DNA from: the human T2T-CHM13v2.0 reference genome, Homo sapiens
Length of the DNA stretch: 64,000 bases
Assembly (NCBI RefSeq): GCF_009914755.1
Contig: NC_060947.1
Direction: 5' to 3' (one strand)
The number at the start of each line of letters is the position of its first letter. Position 1 is the stretch's first letter. This document shows positions 16,898 to 38,181 of this stretch, in pieces. The position numbers and the translations under genes are program-made. The notes beneath the pieces are model-generated. The model searched no databases. It saw nothing but the letters and a program-made list of their open reading frames with translations, and was not told the origin of the DNA.

Positions 16898-17947
16898 TTC
16901 CACTACTGAGTTTTTCTTTTCCTGCTTCTGTCAGCCCTACTTACCCCCACTGCAGCCCAGTTAGCCTACCCATTCCAGCGTACCTCAAATGGAGCATGAG
17001 CTAAGGCAGGCTATCCCAGCCTTGCAAAGCCCATTTCAGCCTACCAGACACCTCAAGATTACAGTAAACCAAACAAGTCTCACTCCAGCCCAGCATAGCT
17101 GACCTGAATTGAGCACACTAGTAACACAGCTAACAGGAGTAAAGCCTACACAAGCCTTGATGTATGTCTATAATAGAGCTGGCTACTGCAGTTTATGGTG
17201 CTATTTCTTTTCTCTCACGGAAAGGTAGGGAACACATCTACTCCATCTGTACCATATTAGCTGTACTCATCCAGACCTGAGTTTTGGCCCAAATGTATTT
17301 TAGCTCTCGTTGATTTCTCACTTTCCAGAACCATTCCTTAGGCTTAATATATTGTGCCCCTACTCAGGCATTTATGTGTTCAATATACTCAAGGCCACTA
17401 CACTCATCCATAAAAATTCCCATTTTGAGAAGAGACTATGAGTATCATTTAATAATAATCAACACTATAATCAGTTCACCAAAATACACAATTTACTCCC
17501 AAACTTAATCAGCAAATAACATGTCTCTGAAACTAGAGCTGTGTTTTAAATAGCTGGGCTCTCATCTAGAGCAGAGGATTCTTTGGAGCTATTTCGGTAC
17601 TTGAAGGAGAAGAGACAAAACTTCAGAACCCAGAATATGCTCCCTTAAGGTTTCTCCCTTCAGACACATTGCCAGGCTCATTGGCTAAAGAAGCAAATGC
17701 CTATATACCTACTGTGTGACATAATGACCTCCAATTGTCCTATCCCCAAATACATAAAACAAAATAAATTCATTAATGGAAGAGACCACCATTATATTTG
17801 AATCCAATATTTTAGGCAAAAACATTGCAGATACAGAATAACTTTCTAAATCAACATGGTTGTAAAATTGTAAGATAGTCATGCAGACTTCCAACATCCT
17901 ACAGATAAGAAGAGAGATAGTAGGGAAAAGTCTATAAAATTTATAGG

Positions 17948-18310
17948 TAATATGATTTGGCTCTGTGTCCCCATCCAAATCTCACCTTGAATTGTAATCC
18001 CCATAATTCCCATGTGTCAAGGCGGGACCAGGTGGTGGTAATTAAATCATGGGGGCGGTTTTCCCCATGCTGTTCTCATGATAATGAGTGAATTTCATGA
18101 GATTTGATGGTTTTATAAGTGTCTGGCATTTCCCCTGCTGGCACTCATTCTCTCTCCTGTTGCCCTGTGAAGAGGTGCCTTCCACAGTGATTGTAAGTTT
18201 CTTGAGGTATCCCGAGCCATGCAAAACTGTGAGACAATTAAACCTATTTTCTTTATAAATTACCCAGTCTCGGATATTTCTTCATAGCAGCGTAAGAACG
18301 GATGAATACA
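17948..18310 (+). mobile_element. THE1D-like solo LTR
   Basis: taatatgatttggctctgtgtccccatccaaatctc...gtgtctggcatttcccctgctggcactc...gaacggatgaataca. Confidence 0.88.
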
Positions 18311-18984
18311 ATGGTTATGGTGGGACTCAAGAGTTAATGGGTAGGATGGCTTGATGGCAATCCCAACTCTAAAATGACCAAGGAAGGTCTTCTGTCTATA
18401 TTGCCTCCTCCAATCCTCTTCTAAGTACCTTTCTTCTATTTCTTTTTTTTCTTCCATCCTTCTTTCCTCTCCTCCTTCATTCAACACCACTTCCTCTATT
18501 CCAATTTTCTTACCTGCCAGACTCTTTCCAAATGGGATAGAAGTGGAGGAAGAAGGGATTTGGTGTCCAGTGTACCAGATCAGCTAGCTACTAGATCAAA
18601 CTTCTCAACATTATTTTCCTGCTGTTCCCCACACTGTTTCTTTCTTAACAATCAATGGTTGCCTTTTCAATGAAAGTGAACAGGTTAGAAATAAGAATGG
18701 CACCAGATTTGCATCAACCAGAAATCCTTCATGCAGTCAGGTGTGGAAAAGAGATTGTTACTGCATCCTGGTATCATAAGTGAGAGAGGGCTCTGAATTT
18801 ATGTTACCATCCACAGGCCTCTATTCCAAGCCCAGGCAAAAGCAGGGATATTTGACATGACTCCAGTGTTCTACACGGGGACCACTATGCCTTGATGTCT
18901 AGCCCCATTTTCTGGCTAAGAAATCGGGCTGTCTTGGGGCAAGGCACCTGATAACACATGGAGAAGAACCCTGATGAATATGAT

Positions 18985-19170
18985 ACAGTAGTTAAAAGCA
19001 TGACTAAGTTTGGATTTAGGTTCTGCCACTGCTCTTTTGTGTGCCTTTGTACCTGTTTCTTCTTGGGAAAATTGAGGTAATGATACTTCAGAATTGCTCT
19101 GAGAATTTAAGGAGATAGTATTTAGACCAGTAGTTAGAACAGATTCAGAGTTTAGTACATGTTAGCTAAT
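18985..19170 (+). mobile_element. MIR fragment
   Basis: tagttaaaagcatgact...ttctgccact...ctgtttct...aaaattgaggtaatgatac...gttagcta, resembling the MIR core. Confidence 0.5.
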
Positions 19171-20140
19171 GCTGCTGCTTAATACTATTTCTGAGAATAG
19201 ATCACATGAGCCACCCATAAGGCCAAATGGGCAGAACTCACACAGATGTCTAAGGTCCTGGGTCCTAGACACTGAAGACAGTATCCACTCACCACTTCAG
19301 CTCCTCTATGTGAAGGAATGACTAGGAGTTTCCTATTTCATTTAATTAAGTGCAAAGGCCAGTGAATTAAACTGAAACTCATGAGGGCCACAATATATAG
19401 AGTCTAGCCTCTGTTGACAGAATTCTTGATAGAGACAAATATGAAATTTTAATTAGTAGAAGATAAGAAGGGATTTTTCTTCTCTTTTTATATAATTGTT
19501 TACAGTTGCTGCTTGGCTCTTTCTTCATTTGCTTCAGGGATTTAATTTCCTTCCAATATTATCCTCTGAAACAAAAGGTGAACACAATTGTTTTTCCTTT
19601 TGCAAATTTACTGCAGTATTGGAAGCACTTGGATGATCCTCAAGTGGTCTGCACATATATGCATAACGTACACATACACATGATTACACACACCCTTAAA
19701 CCTCAATAGGACTCCCATTGGTAGGGAACTCATTTGCCAGACCCTACAGTACTTCTGCTTGCTGCTAATCTGAAAGAATAAAGATGAGCCGATCAACAAG
19801 TGATCACTGTATTTATGTTGAGTATACTGCTCATAATATACTGTATTTTCTGGTTTTACCTCAAATATATGTCCAATAATTCTTGAATTTTCTTGAAACC
19901 AGTCTCTGTAAGTTTGCCATTTCTAGCTGCTCCACCCCAGCACAATCATGCACATTTATCTTAGTGCTACCCTTTGGATCCACACAACAAAGTCTGCTTT
20001 CTCTTCCCTTTAAGAAAAAAAAATATATATTTAAAAGCTTCAGAGATTTAAAGAAAGTGATCCTTGTACCCCTGTCTGCTCTTCTTGTTTCTTTCCATAC
20101 TAAATGCCCCAACTTATTTTGATTATGTCTCCCTTCTTTT

Positions 20141-26502
<6,362 letters not shown>

Positions 26503-27263
26503 ATGTCTCCCTTCTTTTGACATGGCTTTGAGCACCCTCACTGTACCCTATTAATTTTTTTCCTCTGGCTCAGGTCAGATTTGTTAACTGTCCCTCTGAA
26601 ATACATTTTGTGGTGAGAGTTTGTCACAGTTCTATTAGACATATGAGATAAATGATATGAACAAAACTCAACTACACCTTTACATCTCACTATGGGTCAT
26701 GACAGACTCTTTAGTTCCTCACAATGCCATTCTAAGGATAGTGAGGTTTTGAGGATTTGGGCTTTGGCCAAGAGAACAAAGTCATGAGTTTCCTGTTTTC
26801 TCACCTCCAGATCACTGGGAATTTTGGTGAATAAGTGCTCATTATTGCATACACTTTTCATCTTGAAGAGGGACTGGGTGCCTGTAAATGAGCTCCCAGG
26901 TGACTAGCTATCTGAGTTGGCTAGCTTCATAGATTTAAGGAGTGGACAACAGTGACTTATGTACAAGCTCTTGCACATCTAAGATCTAGAGTGCTTTGTT
27001 CTCACGTTAACGACCTTTCCATTTGTCATTGGCAATATTTGGGGACTAAGATACTATAAGTACTCATTAATTTCCCCTTCCCCTTGCAGTAGCATTAATC
27101 ATAGATAAACACTCTGGAAGAATCATAAACAGGTTGCTTACGGAAGCAGAAATTACAAAAGATTGTATCAGAAGTCCTGAGCTCCAATCTAGGCTCTGCA
27201 ATAGACTCATGCCCACTTTTGCAGGCTGTTTGGGCAAACCTGACAACTTTTGACATTTGGTAG

Positions 27264-27662
<399 letters not shown>

Positions 27663-28221
27663 AGCCAGCTGCTTTTCTGTTGAGGACTTTAGTGGAGGAG
27701 TGTACACAACATATGCTGATAAAATAACACCAGAAGGAACTACCAAAACATTTAAGAGATCACAATCACCACCCTAACCACTGTGGGTTTTTGTTAACTC
27801 CACTATTGTTTTACTAGAATCTAGACTCTGACAAAGGTAGGATTGGACAAAGTTCACTGCCTGTTTCCCAAAATTCTCAGATGTTTCATTCTTAATGAAG
27901 TCTCAAAATTTATGTTCCAGTCCCAGGCCACATATAGTTGTTGGACAGTAGACACCATTCAGAGGATTCTACTCCATTCACTGGCCCTACAAAAGCACTG
28001 ATTCTTGTGCCATCACTCTCAGCATTCCACTTTCTTCATCTTTATTCCATTCCTCAGTTTGACATTTAATACTGAAATTGTAAAGTACCAAAACATATTT
28101 CAATTGTCAATTCAAATGATTTCATTTGCCTTTCACTCGTTCTAGATTTTCCCTTCCTCCAAACTCTCCTTTTGCTTTTTCCCTACACTTATTATTGGTT
28201 ACTTATACTGATACTTACCCA

Positions 28222-28410
28222 GAATGTAATGGGAAAAGCACTGCATCTGATTTTATAACATCTCAGTATAAGCTCTAGCAGTACCACTGACAAGCTTTAT
28301 GACCTTGAATAAGACTTTAAACTCTCTGAGCTTCAGTTTCTTTATCTAGAACATGAAGAGTTTCAGCACAGAGATATTTAAGGTCCATTTCAAAAAATAT
28401 TCTATAATAG
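28222..28410 (+). mobile_element. MIR fragment
   Basis: gtaatgggaaaagcactg...tgaccttgaataag...ctctctgagcttcagtttctttatct. Confidence 0.65.
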
Positions 28411-28894
28411 GAGGAAAAGGGTAGATATAGCCAGCCTCATAGAAAGAAATGTCAGTAACAAGTGTGGAAGAAATAAAACATTCGAGAGCAGACTCTTCAC
28501 CAGTTCATTGCTCCTCGCTGCAAATAGAGTTCACTCCCAAGAGCTAGTAGGACTTCCTTGGAGCACCATTATAACAAAATTAGAAAGAGAAGTTGATGCA
28601 GTGCCCAAATGATGACCAAAACATAACTTGGAGGCTCACTGCACAATATCCTTTCCACTGTAGAGGAATGTCCTTCAACTGGAACAAGCTGAGAGCCAGA
28701 GGAGAATAATAAAATCTTCAAAACAGCTGAAATATTCCTAAATATTACAGGGATATGCTGCTATCTTTCCAGGGCCTACAGATTCTTAGCCTGAACATAA
28801 AATTAATTGGTAGAAAAACCACTAATATAGGATGTGGAGGTTGGGTTAGTCCTGGCTCTACTTCAAGTTAACTATGCCTCAGTTTCCTTGTCTG

Positions 28895-29592
28895 TTTTTT
28901 TTATTATACTTTAATTTTTAGGGTACATGTGCACAACGTGCAGGTTAGTTACATATGTATACATGTGCCATGTTGGTGTGCGGCACCCATTAACTCGTCA
29001 TTTACATTAGGTATATCTCCTAATGCTATCCCTCCCCCCTTCCCCCACCCCACAACAGGCCCCGGTGTGTGATGTTCCCCTTCCTGTGTCCAAGTGTTCT
29101 CATTGTTCAATTCCCACCTATGAGTGAGAACATGCGGTGTTTGGTTTTTTGTCCTTGCGATAGTTTGCTGAGAATGATGGTTTCCAGCTTCATCCATGTC
29201 CCTACAAAGGACATGAACTCATCATTTTTTATGGCTGCATAGTGTTCCATGGTGTATATGTGCCACATTTTCTTAATCCAGTCTATCATTGTTGGACATT
29301 TGGTTTGGTTCCAAGTCTTTGCTATTGTGAATAGTGCCGTAATAAACATACGTGTGCATGTGTCTTTATAGCAGCATGATTTATAATCCTTTGGGTATAT
29401 ACCCAGTAATGGGATGGCTGGGTTAAATGGTATTTCTAGTTCTAGATCCCTGAGGAATCACCACACTGACTTCCACAATGGTTGAACTAGTTTACAGTCC
29501 CACCAACAGTATAAAAGTGTTCCTATTTCTCCACATCCTCTCCAGCACCTGTTGTTTCCTGACTTTTTAATGATCGCCATTCTAACTGGTGT
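28895..29592 (-). mobile_element. 5'-truncated young L1PA (L1PA3/4-like), ~0.7 kb, inserted in a MIR core
   Basis: L1PA 3'UTR and ORF2 end (…FSLIGGN). The flanks rejoin as cctcagtttccttgtctgt|aaaaaggg, a MIR core motif. At most a 2-3 bp TSD. Confidence 0.93.
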
Positions 29593-30214
29593 AAAAAGGG
29601 AGTTGATTTTGTTATGACTTCAATATTTAAAATATTATAGTTTCCAAGGACATAATAGATTAAAAGAGACTACCAGAGGTAGCTACACTGTCGTTCCTAA
29701 GAAGTGTTTGGAACATCCAGATAAGATGGAACAGGCAACTTTACATTTCAGTATAACCCCTCTGTTCCAAACATACAATAATGGTAGGTAAAATATAAAA
29801 GATATAGTTATTTTAAATAAAAGATCAAAGTATCATGAAAAAGAAACAAAAAAAAGGAGTAAGTAATGTTGAAGCCAGAATTCTGAGTCTGAAAATAAAG
29901 AGTAAAGTAAAAAAGACTAAAATTGCTCTGTATGAAAGGGAAGACTGGAAGCAGGGTGAGTGCTTGTGGCTCAGACCTGGGGATCTCCTTGAAAAGAGGT
30001 TAGAAAAAGTGAAGCTGAACTGATGCCTGGGGTATGGCTCAGTTTGAGGCTGTGGGTTATGGTTGTGTTTGGGGCTGCAGCCCTGGGTTGGGATAAGCGG
30101 GGAAGCAGGGGGAAGGTACAATGGCATACAAAGACATTGTCCTGGGAATCGGAACTGAGCCAAGTGGTTTGTTGTACCAAGAATGTATCAGCAATGTCAT
30201 AACGGAGAATAAAC

Positions 30215-33055
<2,841 letters not shown>

Positions 33056-33060
33056 CCATT

Positions 33061-33260
33061 CAGGTTAACTTTCCCTTATCTGAAATGCTTGGGGTCAGAA
33101 GTGTTTTGCACTTCAAATTTTTGGATTTTTGAAAAATTTGCACATATATAATGAGATATTTTGGGGATGGGACCCAAATCTAAACACAAAATTCAGTTAT
33201 GTTTTATATAGAGCTTATAAACATAGCCTGAAGGTAATTTTATGAATAATTTCAATAATT
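33061..33260. mobile_element. Tigger4/MER46 (Zombi)-like DNA transposon fragment
   Basis: caggtt...cccttatctgaaatgcttggggtcagaagtgtttt...ggggatgggacccaaatctaaacac...catagcctgaaggtaatttta. Confidence 0.7.
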
Positions 33261-35650
33261 TAGATTCAGGGGTTACATGTTCAGGTTTGTCACCAAGGTA
33301 TATGGTGACGCTGAGGCTTGGGGTACTATTGATCTCATCACCCAGGTAGTGAGAACAGTCCATAATAGGTAGTTTTTCAACCCTTTCCCCACTGCCTCCC
33401 CCCATTCTCTTGTAGTCCCCAGGGTCTACTGTTTTCATCTTTATGTCTGTGTATGCCCTATGTTTAGCTCCCACCTGTAAGTGAGAACTTATAGTATTTG
33501 GTTTTCTGTTTCTCAGTTAGTTCACTTAGGACGATGGCCTCCATTTGCATCCATGTTGCTGCAAAGGACATGATTTTATTCTTTTATGACTGTGTAGGAT
33601 TCCGTGGTGTATATGTACCACATTTTCTTTATCCAATCCACCATTGATGGAGACCTACATTGACTCCATGTCTTTTCTATTGTGAATAGTGCTGCACTGA
33701 ACATACTGGTGCATGTGTCTTTTTGGTAGAATTATTTATTTTCCTTTGGGTATATACCAGTAATGGGATTGCTGGATCCAATGATACTTCTATTTTTAGT
33801 TATTTCAGGAATTTCCAGACATCTTTCCACAGAGGCTGATTAATTTGCATTCCCACCAACAGTGTATAAGTGTTGCCTTTTCTCTACAACATTGGCAATA
33901 TCTTTTTGACTTTTAAACCACAATGAAATACCATCTCATGCCAGTTAGAATGGCGATCATTAAAAAGTCAGGAAACAACAGATGCCGGCCAGGATGTGGA
34001 GGAATAGGAACGCTTTTACACTGTTGTTGGGAGTGTAAATTAGTTCAACCATTGTGGAAGACAGTGTGGTGATTCCTCAAGGATCTAGAACCAGAATTAC
34101 CATTTGACCCAGCAATCCCATTACTGGGTATATACCCAAAGGATTATAAATCATTCTATTATAAAGACACATGCACACAGATGTTTGTGCAGCACTATTT
34201 ACAATAGCAAGGACTTGTAACCAACCCAAATGCCCATCAATGATAGACTGGATAAAGAAAATGTGGCACATATACCCATGGAATACCATGCAGCCATAAA
34301 AATGAAAGAGTTTATGACCTTTGCAGGGATATGGATGAAGCTGGAAACTATCATTCTCAGCAAACTAACACAGGAACAGAAAACCAAACACCACATGTTC
34401 TCACTCATAAGTGGGAGTTGAACAATGAGAACACATGGACACAGGGAGGGGAACATCACACTCTGGGGCCTGTCAGGGGGTGGGGGCCAACGGGGGGAGA
34501 GCATTAGGACAAACACCTAACGCATGTGGGGCTTAAAACCTAGATGACGGGTTGATAAGTGCAGCAAAACACCATGGCATATGTATACCTATGTAACAAA
34601 CCTGCATGTTCTGCACATGTATCCCAGAACTTAAAGTAAAATATATATTAAAAAATAGCCATTCTAACTGGCGTGAGATGGTATCTTATTGTGAGTTTAA
34701 TTTACATTTCTCTGATGATTAGCAATATTGAGCATTTTTTTCATTTGTTTTTTGGATGTTTGTATATCTCCTTTAGAGAAGTGTCCATGTTATTTGCCCA
34801 CTTTTTAATGGAGTTGTTTTTTGCTTCTTGATTTATTTAAGTTCCTTATAGCATATGGATATTAAACCTTGATCAGATGCATAATTTACAAATATTTTCT
34901 CTCATTCTGTAGGTTGTCTGTTAACTCTGTTGATAATTTTTTCTTCTGTGCAGAAGTTACCTTAGATTAATTAGATCCCACTTGTCAATCTTTATTTTTG
35001 TTGCAATTGCTTTTGAGGACTTAGCCATGTATTTACCATGGCTGATGTTGAGAAGGGTATTTCCTAGATTTTCTTTTAGGATTTTTGTAGTTTGGCGTCT
35101 TATATTTGAATCTTTAATCCATCTGGAGTTGATTTTCTATATGGTGATAGGTAGTTTCCAGTTTCATTCTTCTACACGTGGATAGCCACTTATTCCAGCA
35201 CCATTTATTGAATAGGGTGTCCTTTCCCCATTGCTCATTTTTATCCACTTTGTTGAAGATCAGATGGTTGTAGGTGTGAGGCTTTATTTCTGGTCTCCAT
35301 TCTGTTCCATTGGTCTATGTGTCTGTTTTTGTACCAGTACCATGCTGTTTTGGTTACTGTGGCTTTCTAGTATAGTTTGAAATAGGCTAATGTGATGCCT
35401 CCAGCTTTATTCTTTTTGCATATAATTGCTTTGGCTCCTCAGACTGTTTTTTTGTTGTTGTTGTTGTTCTGTATGAATTTTAGAATAATTTTTCAAGTTC
35501 TGTGAAAAATGACATTGGTAGCTTGATATAGGAATAGTGTTGAATCTGTAGATTGCTTTGGGCAGTATGGCCATTTCAGTAATATTGATTCTTCCAACCA
35601 ATGAGCAAGAAATATTATTCCATTTATTTGTATCATCTCTGATTTCCTTT
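33261..35650 (-). mobile_element. Older primate L1 (L1PA15/16-like) 3' portion, interrupted at ~33914 by a younger L1
   Basis: Antisense 3'UTR at 33261-33500 and ORF2 antisense sequence. The host reads tttttgactttt| at 33914 and resumes |aatagccattctaactggcgtgagatgg at ~34654. Confidence 0.85.
33915..34653 (+). mobile_element. 5'-truncated L1PA7/8-like element (~740 bp) nested antisense in the older L1
   Basis: ORF2 end (KHHMFSLISGS), 3'UTR with ggggcttaaaacctagatgacgggttg, ending cccagaacttaaagtaaaat. Confidence 0.88.
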
Positions 35651-35744
35651 TTAATGAACAAAGCAAGCAATTTTATTCTCATCAATCTTTTTTCACATTT
35701 CATTCATTTATTTTTTCTTATTTTCTTTTTATTATTTCAATAGC

Positions 35745-36100
35745 TTATGCCTGCTTAGTATTTTGACGTGTATATGTACCACATTTTCTTTATCCAATCC
35801 ATCATAGATGAGCACCTAATTAATACAGAAACAGAAAATCACATACCATATGTTCTCATTTATAAGTAGGAGCTAAACGATGGGTAGAGATGGCACAAAG
35901 ATGGAAACAATAGATACTGGGGATTCCAGAAGGGGCAAAGTAGGATGGGGGCAAGGGTTGAAAAACTACCTATTGGGTACTATGCTCACTATTTAAGTGA
36001 TGGGTTCAACAGAAGCCCAAACCTCAGCATCACACAATATATCCATGTAAGAAACCTGCAAATGTACCACCTGAATCTAAAATGTAAAAAAAAAAAAAAA
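35745..36100 (+). mobile_element. Short old L1PA/L1PB 3' end with poly(A), preceded by an inverted L1 piece (35745-35818)
   Basis: 3'UTR at 35820-36085 and an A-tail at 36086-36100. The upstream piece gtgtatatgtaccacattttctttatccaatcc is antisense L1 from just 5' of the direct segment. Confidence 0.7.
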
Positions 36101-36469
36101 TTATTGTCCCAAGTAATCACAAAATTAAATGTCCCAACTATACAAACCCCCTGACACACATATTTAAATTAATTTCATCTTTTATTTATCTGATTAAAAA
36201 GAACACTTTTCCAAATCAGATTTTTTAATGTTGTAATAACTACCTAAAAGTAAAGTGATAAGAAAATAAAAATTATTTACATAGTAAAAGAAAGAATAAT
36301 TAAGGAATTTTTCCATTCAATGGAACTGTTTTATATGTTGATTGTCTTATTAGTGATGATTATATACCACCACAACAAACTATATTGTGCATGTTATATT
36401 CATTTTTAAAAATATAAAATTTAACTAAAATTAAATATTAAAGTGAAAATAAGCACAAATACTCCCATT

Positions 36470-37070
36470 CAAATGAGCCTACATATCAAAACCAATGAAA
36501 CAGAACAGGATACCCAGAAACTGTTCTATGAATATATGGAAGCTTGATATAAGGTAACAAAGACATTACATATTAGTGAGAAAGAATGAATGATTTTAAA
36601 ATGCACTGGGACTACAGGTTATCCAGCTGTAAAAAGTACATTTTTATCTCATACCACATATAAATATTAATTGTAAGTGTATTAAAAATCTCAAATAAAA
36701 AAGCAATTCATGAAAGAAGGAATCTGAATACTCAATGAACATAAGGTTTCCAATATCAATACATGATCACGGTAATGCAAATTAAAAGCTGGTACTATTT
36801 CACAGCTATACCCTGTCAAATATCTAGACCCTTGGTAGTACCAAGTGTTGATAAGGAAGTGAAATAAAGAGACCTCTCACACACTGCTGCAGTTGGGGGA
36901 TGTGGGGAAGAAAACTAGCACGACAATTTTGGAGAGCAATTGGGCAATATCTGCTAAAGCTTAGATGTATATTCCCTATAAGTCAGCTGTTCCTCTGATC
37001 TATATTTACCAGAAATGTCTACACATGTGTGCAAAGAAACATGTATAAGAATGTCCATTTAGTGTTTAAA
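36470..37070 (+). mobile_element. Ancient L1ME-like ORF2 3' fragments
   Basis: ccaagtgttgataaggaagtg...acaattttggagagcaattgggcaatatct...acatgtataagaatgtccat. Confidence 0.55.
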
Positions 37071-37744
37071 ATGTTGTTCTTTATAGACAATATAATAGGT
37101 ATCTTTGTACAAATAGTATTCTCAGTTGCCTCTGAAGTCTCCAGTAAAGACTACTTTGCAATCACTGTTGCTTAATGTGTTGCAAGTGAGATGTGGTCTC
37201 TTTCCCCATTGTAATGGAGTAAGTTAATATGGTGGGTCTGGCCAAGCTGGTCTAGGCAGATCCCAGGCTTTCTGCCTAGAATCAGACATCTTTACTTTGC
37301 AACGCAAAATGAGAAGTTTTACCTCCCATGTCTTTGTTAAAGTTTTCTTACTCCTTTGAGCCTGTTAGAAAAAACAAAACAAAACCGTACCTTCTAAATA
37401 CACTGCCAATCTGCCATTTCTGAATTTCAGTTTTAAACCAAAAATTTCTTGTATTTTTCCTCTGACATCAATATTAGCCAGAATCTGCTCTTTTAATTTT
37501 CGGATGAGGAACCCTCCTCTAAGTTGATATACACCTACAGTGCCCCAACATGCCTGCCCCAGCTTTGACATAGATCTGTTCTGTTTCAGTACCCTTTTAT
37601 AGAAAATATATCACCTCCCACCAAATTTTGATATTCAGATAGTGGCAGACTGGAACATTCTGTGAGAGTACACTGTTCACTCTTATTCCTGCCTCACTAT
37701 TTCTCCCTTCGTACCTCATGAATGAGGTATAAAGAAGCCTATAT

Positions 37745-37980
37745 CTAGTAGCAGAAAACCTGAGACTGAGTCCTGGGTCAACTCCTTATTGGCTAAATTC
37801 TCTTAATCATTTTAGTCTTAGTTTCCACATCTGTGAAATGGGGATATCAATACCTGACCTCACGGCCCTATTGTGATAATTAAACGAAATTAAAGTAAAG
37901 TAAAGTAAATTAAATAAGGGATGCTGGATGTGAAAAGGCACTTTGAAATTGTAAAGTGCTATCTAAATGCTAGTTATCAC
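37745..37980 (+). mobile_element. MIR fragment
   Basis: cctgagactgagtcctgg...cttagtttccacatctgtgaaatggggatatcaatacctgacctcac...ttgtgataattaaa. Confidence 0.7.
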
Positions 37981-38181
37981 CAGTACTATCATATCCATTA
38001 TGGTAGAATTTTCCTGTACCTAACACCTTCTGTGAAATATTCTAAATATTTGAGGAAGAAGAAATGACTCATCTCCTATGGATTAATTAGAAACTCTTAG
38101 AAGTAGTGGCCATTTGGGAAAAAAGAAAGGGCCAGAATTTCCAGGGGAGGGTCATTTATTTAGTTTATTTAAAAAATATGG

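Noticed and set aside
18039-18049. DUX4-type motif in THE1 LTRs (taattaaatca; also near 774 and 3350)
   Set aside because: All copies deviate from the THE1 TAATTGAATCA site, and binding cannot be supported from sequence alone.
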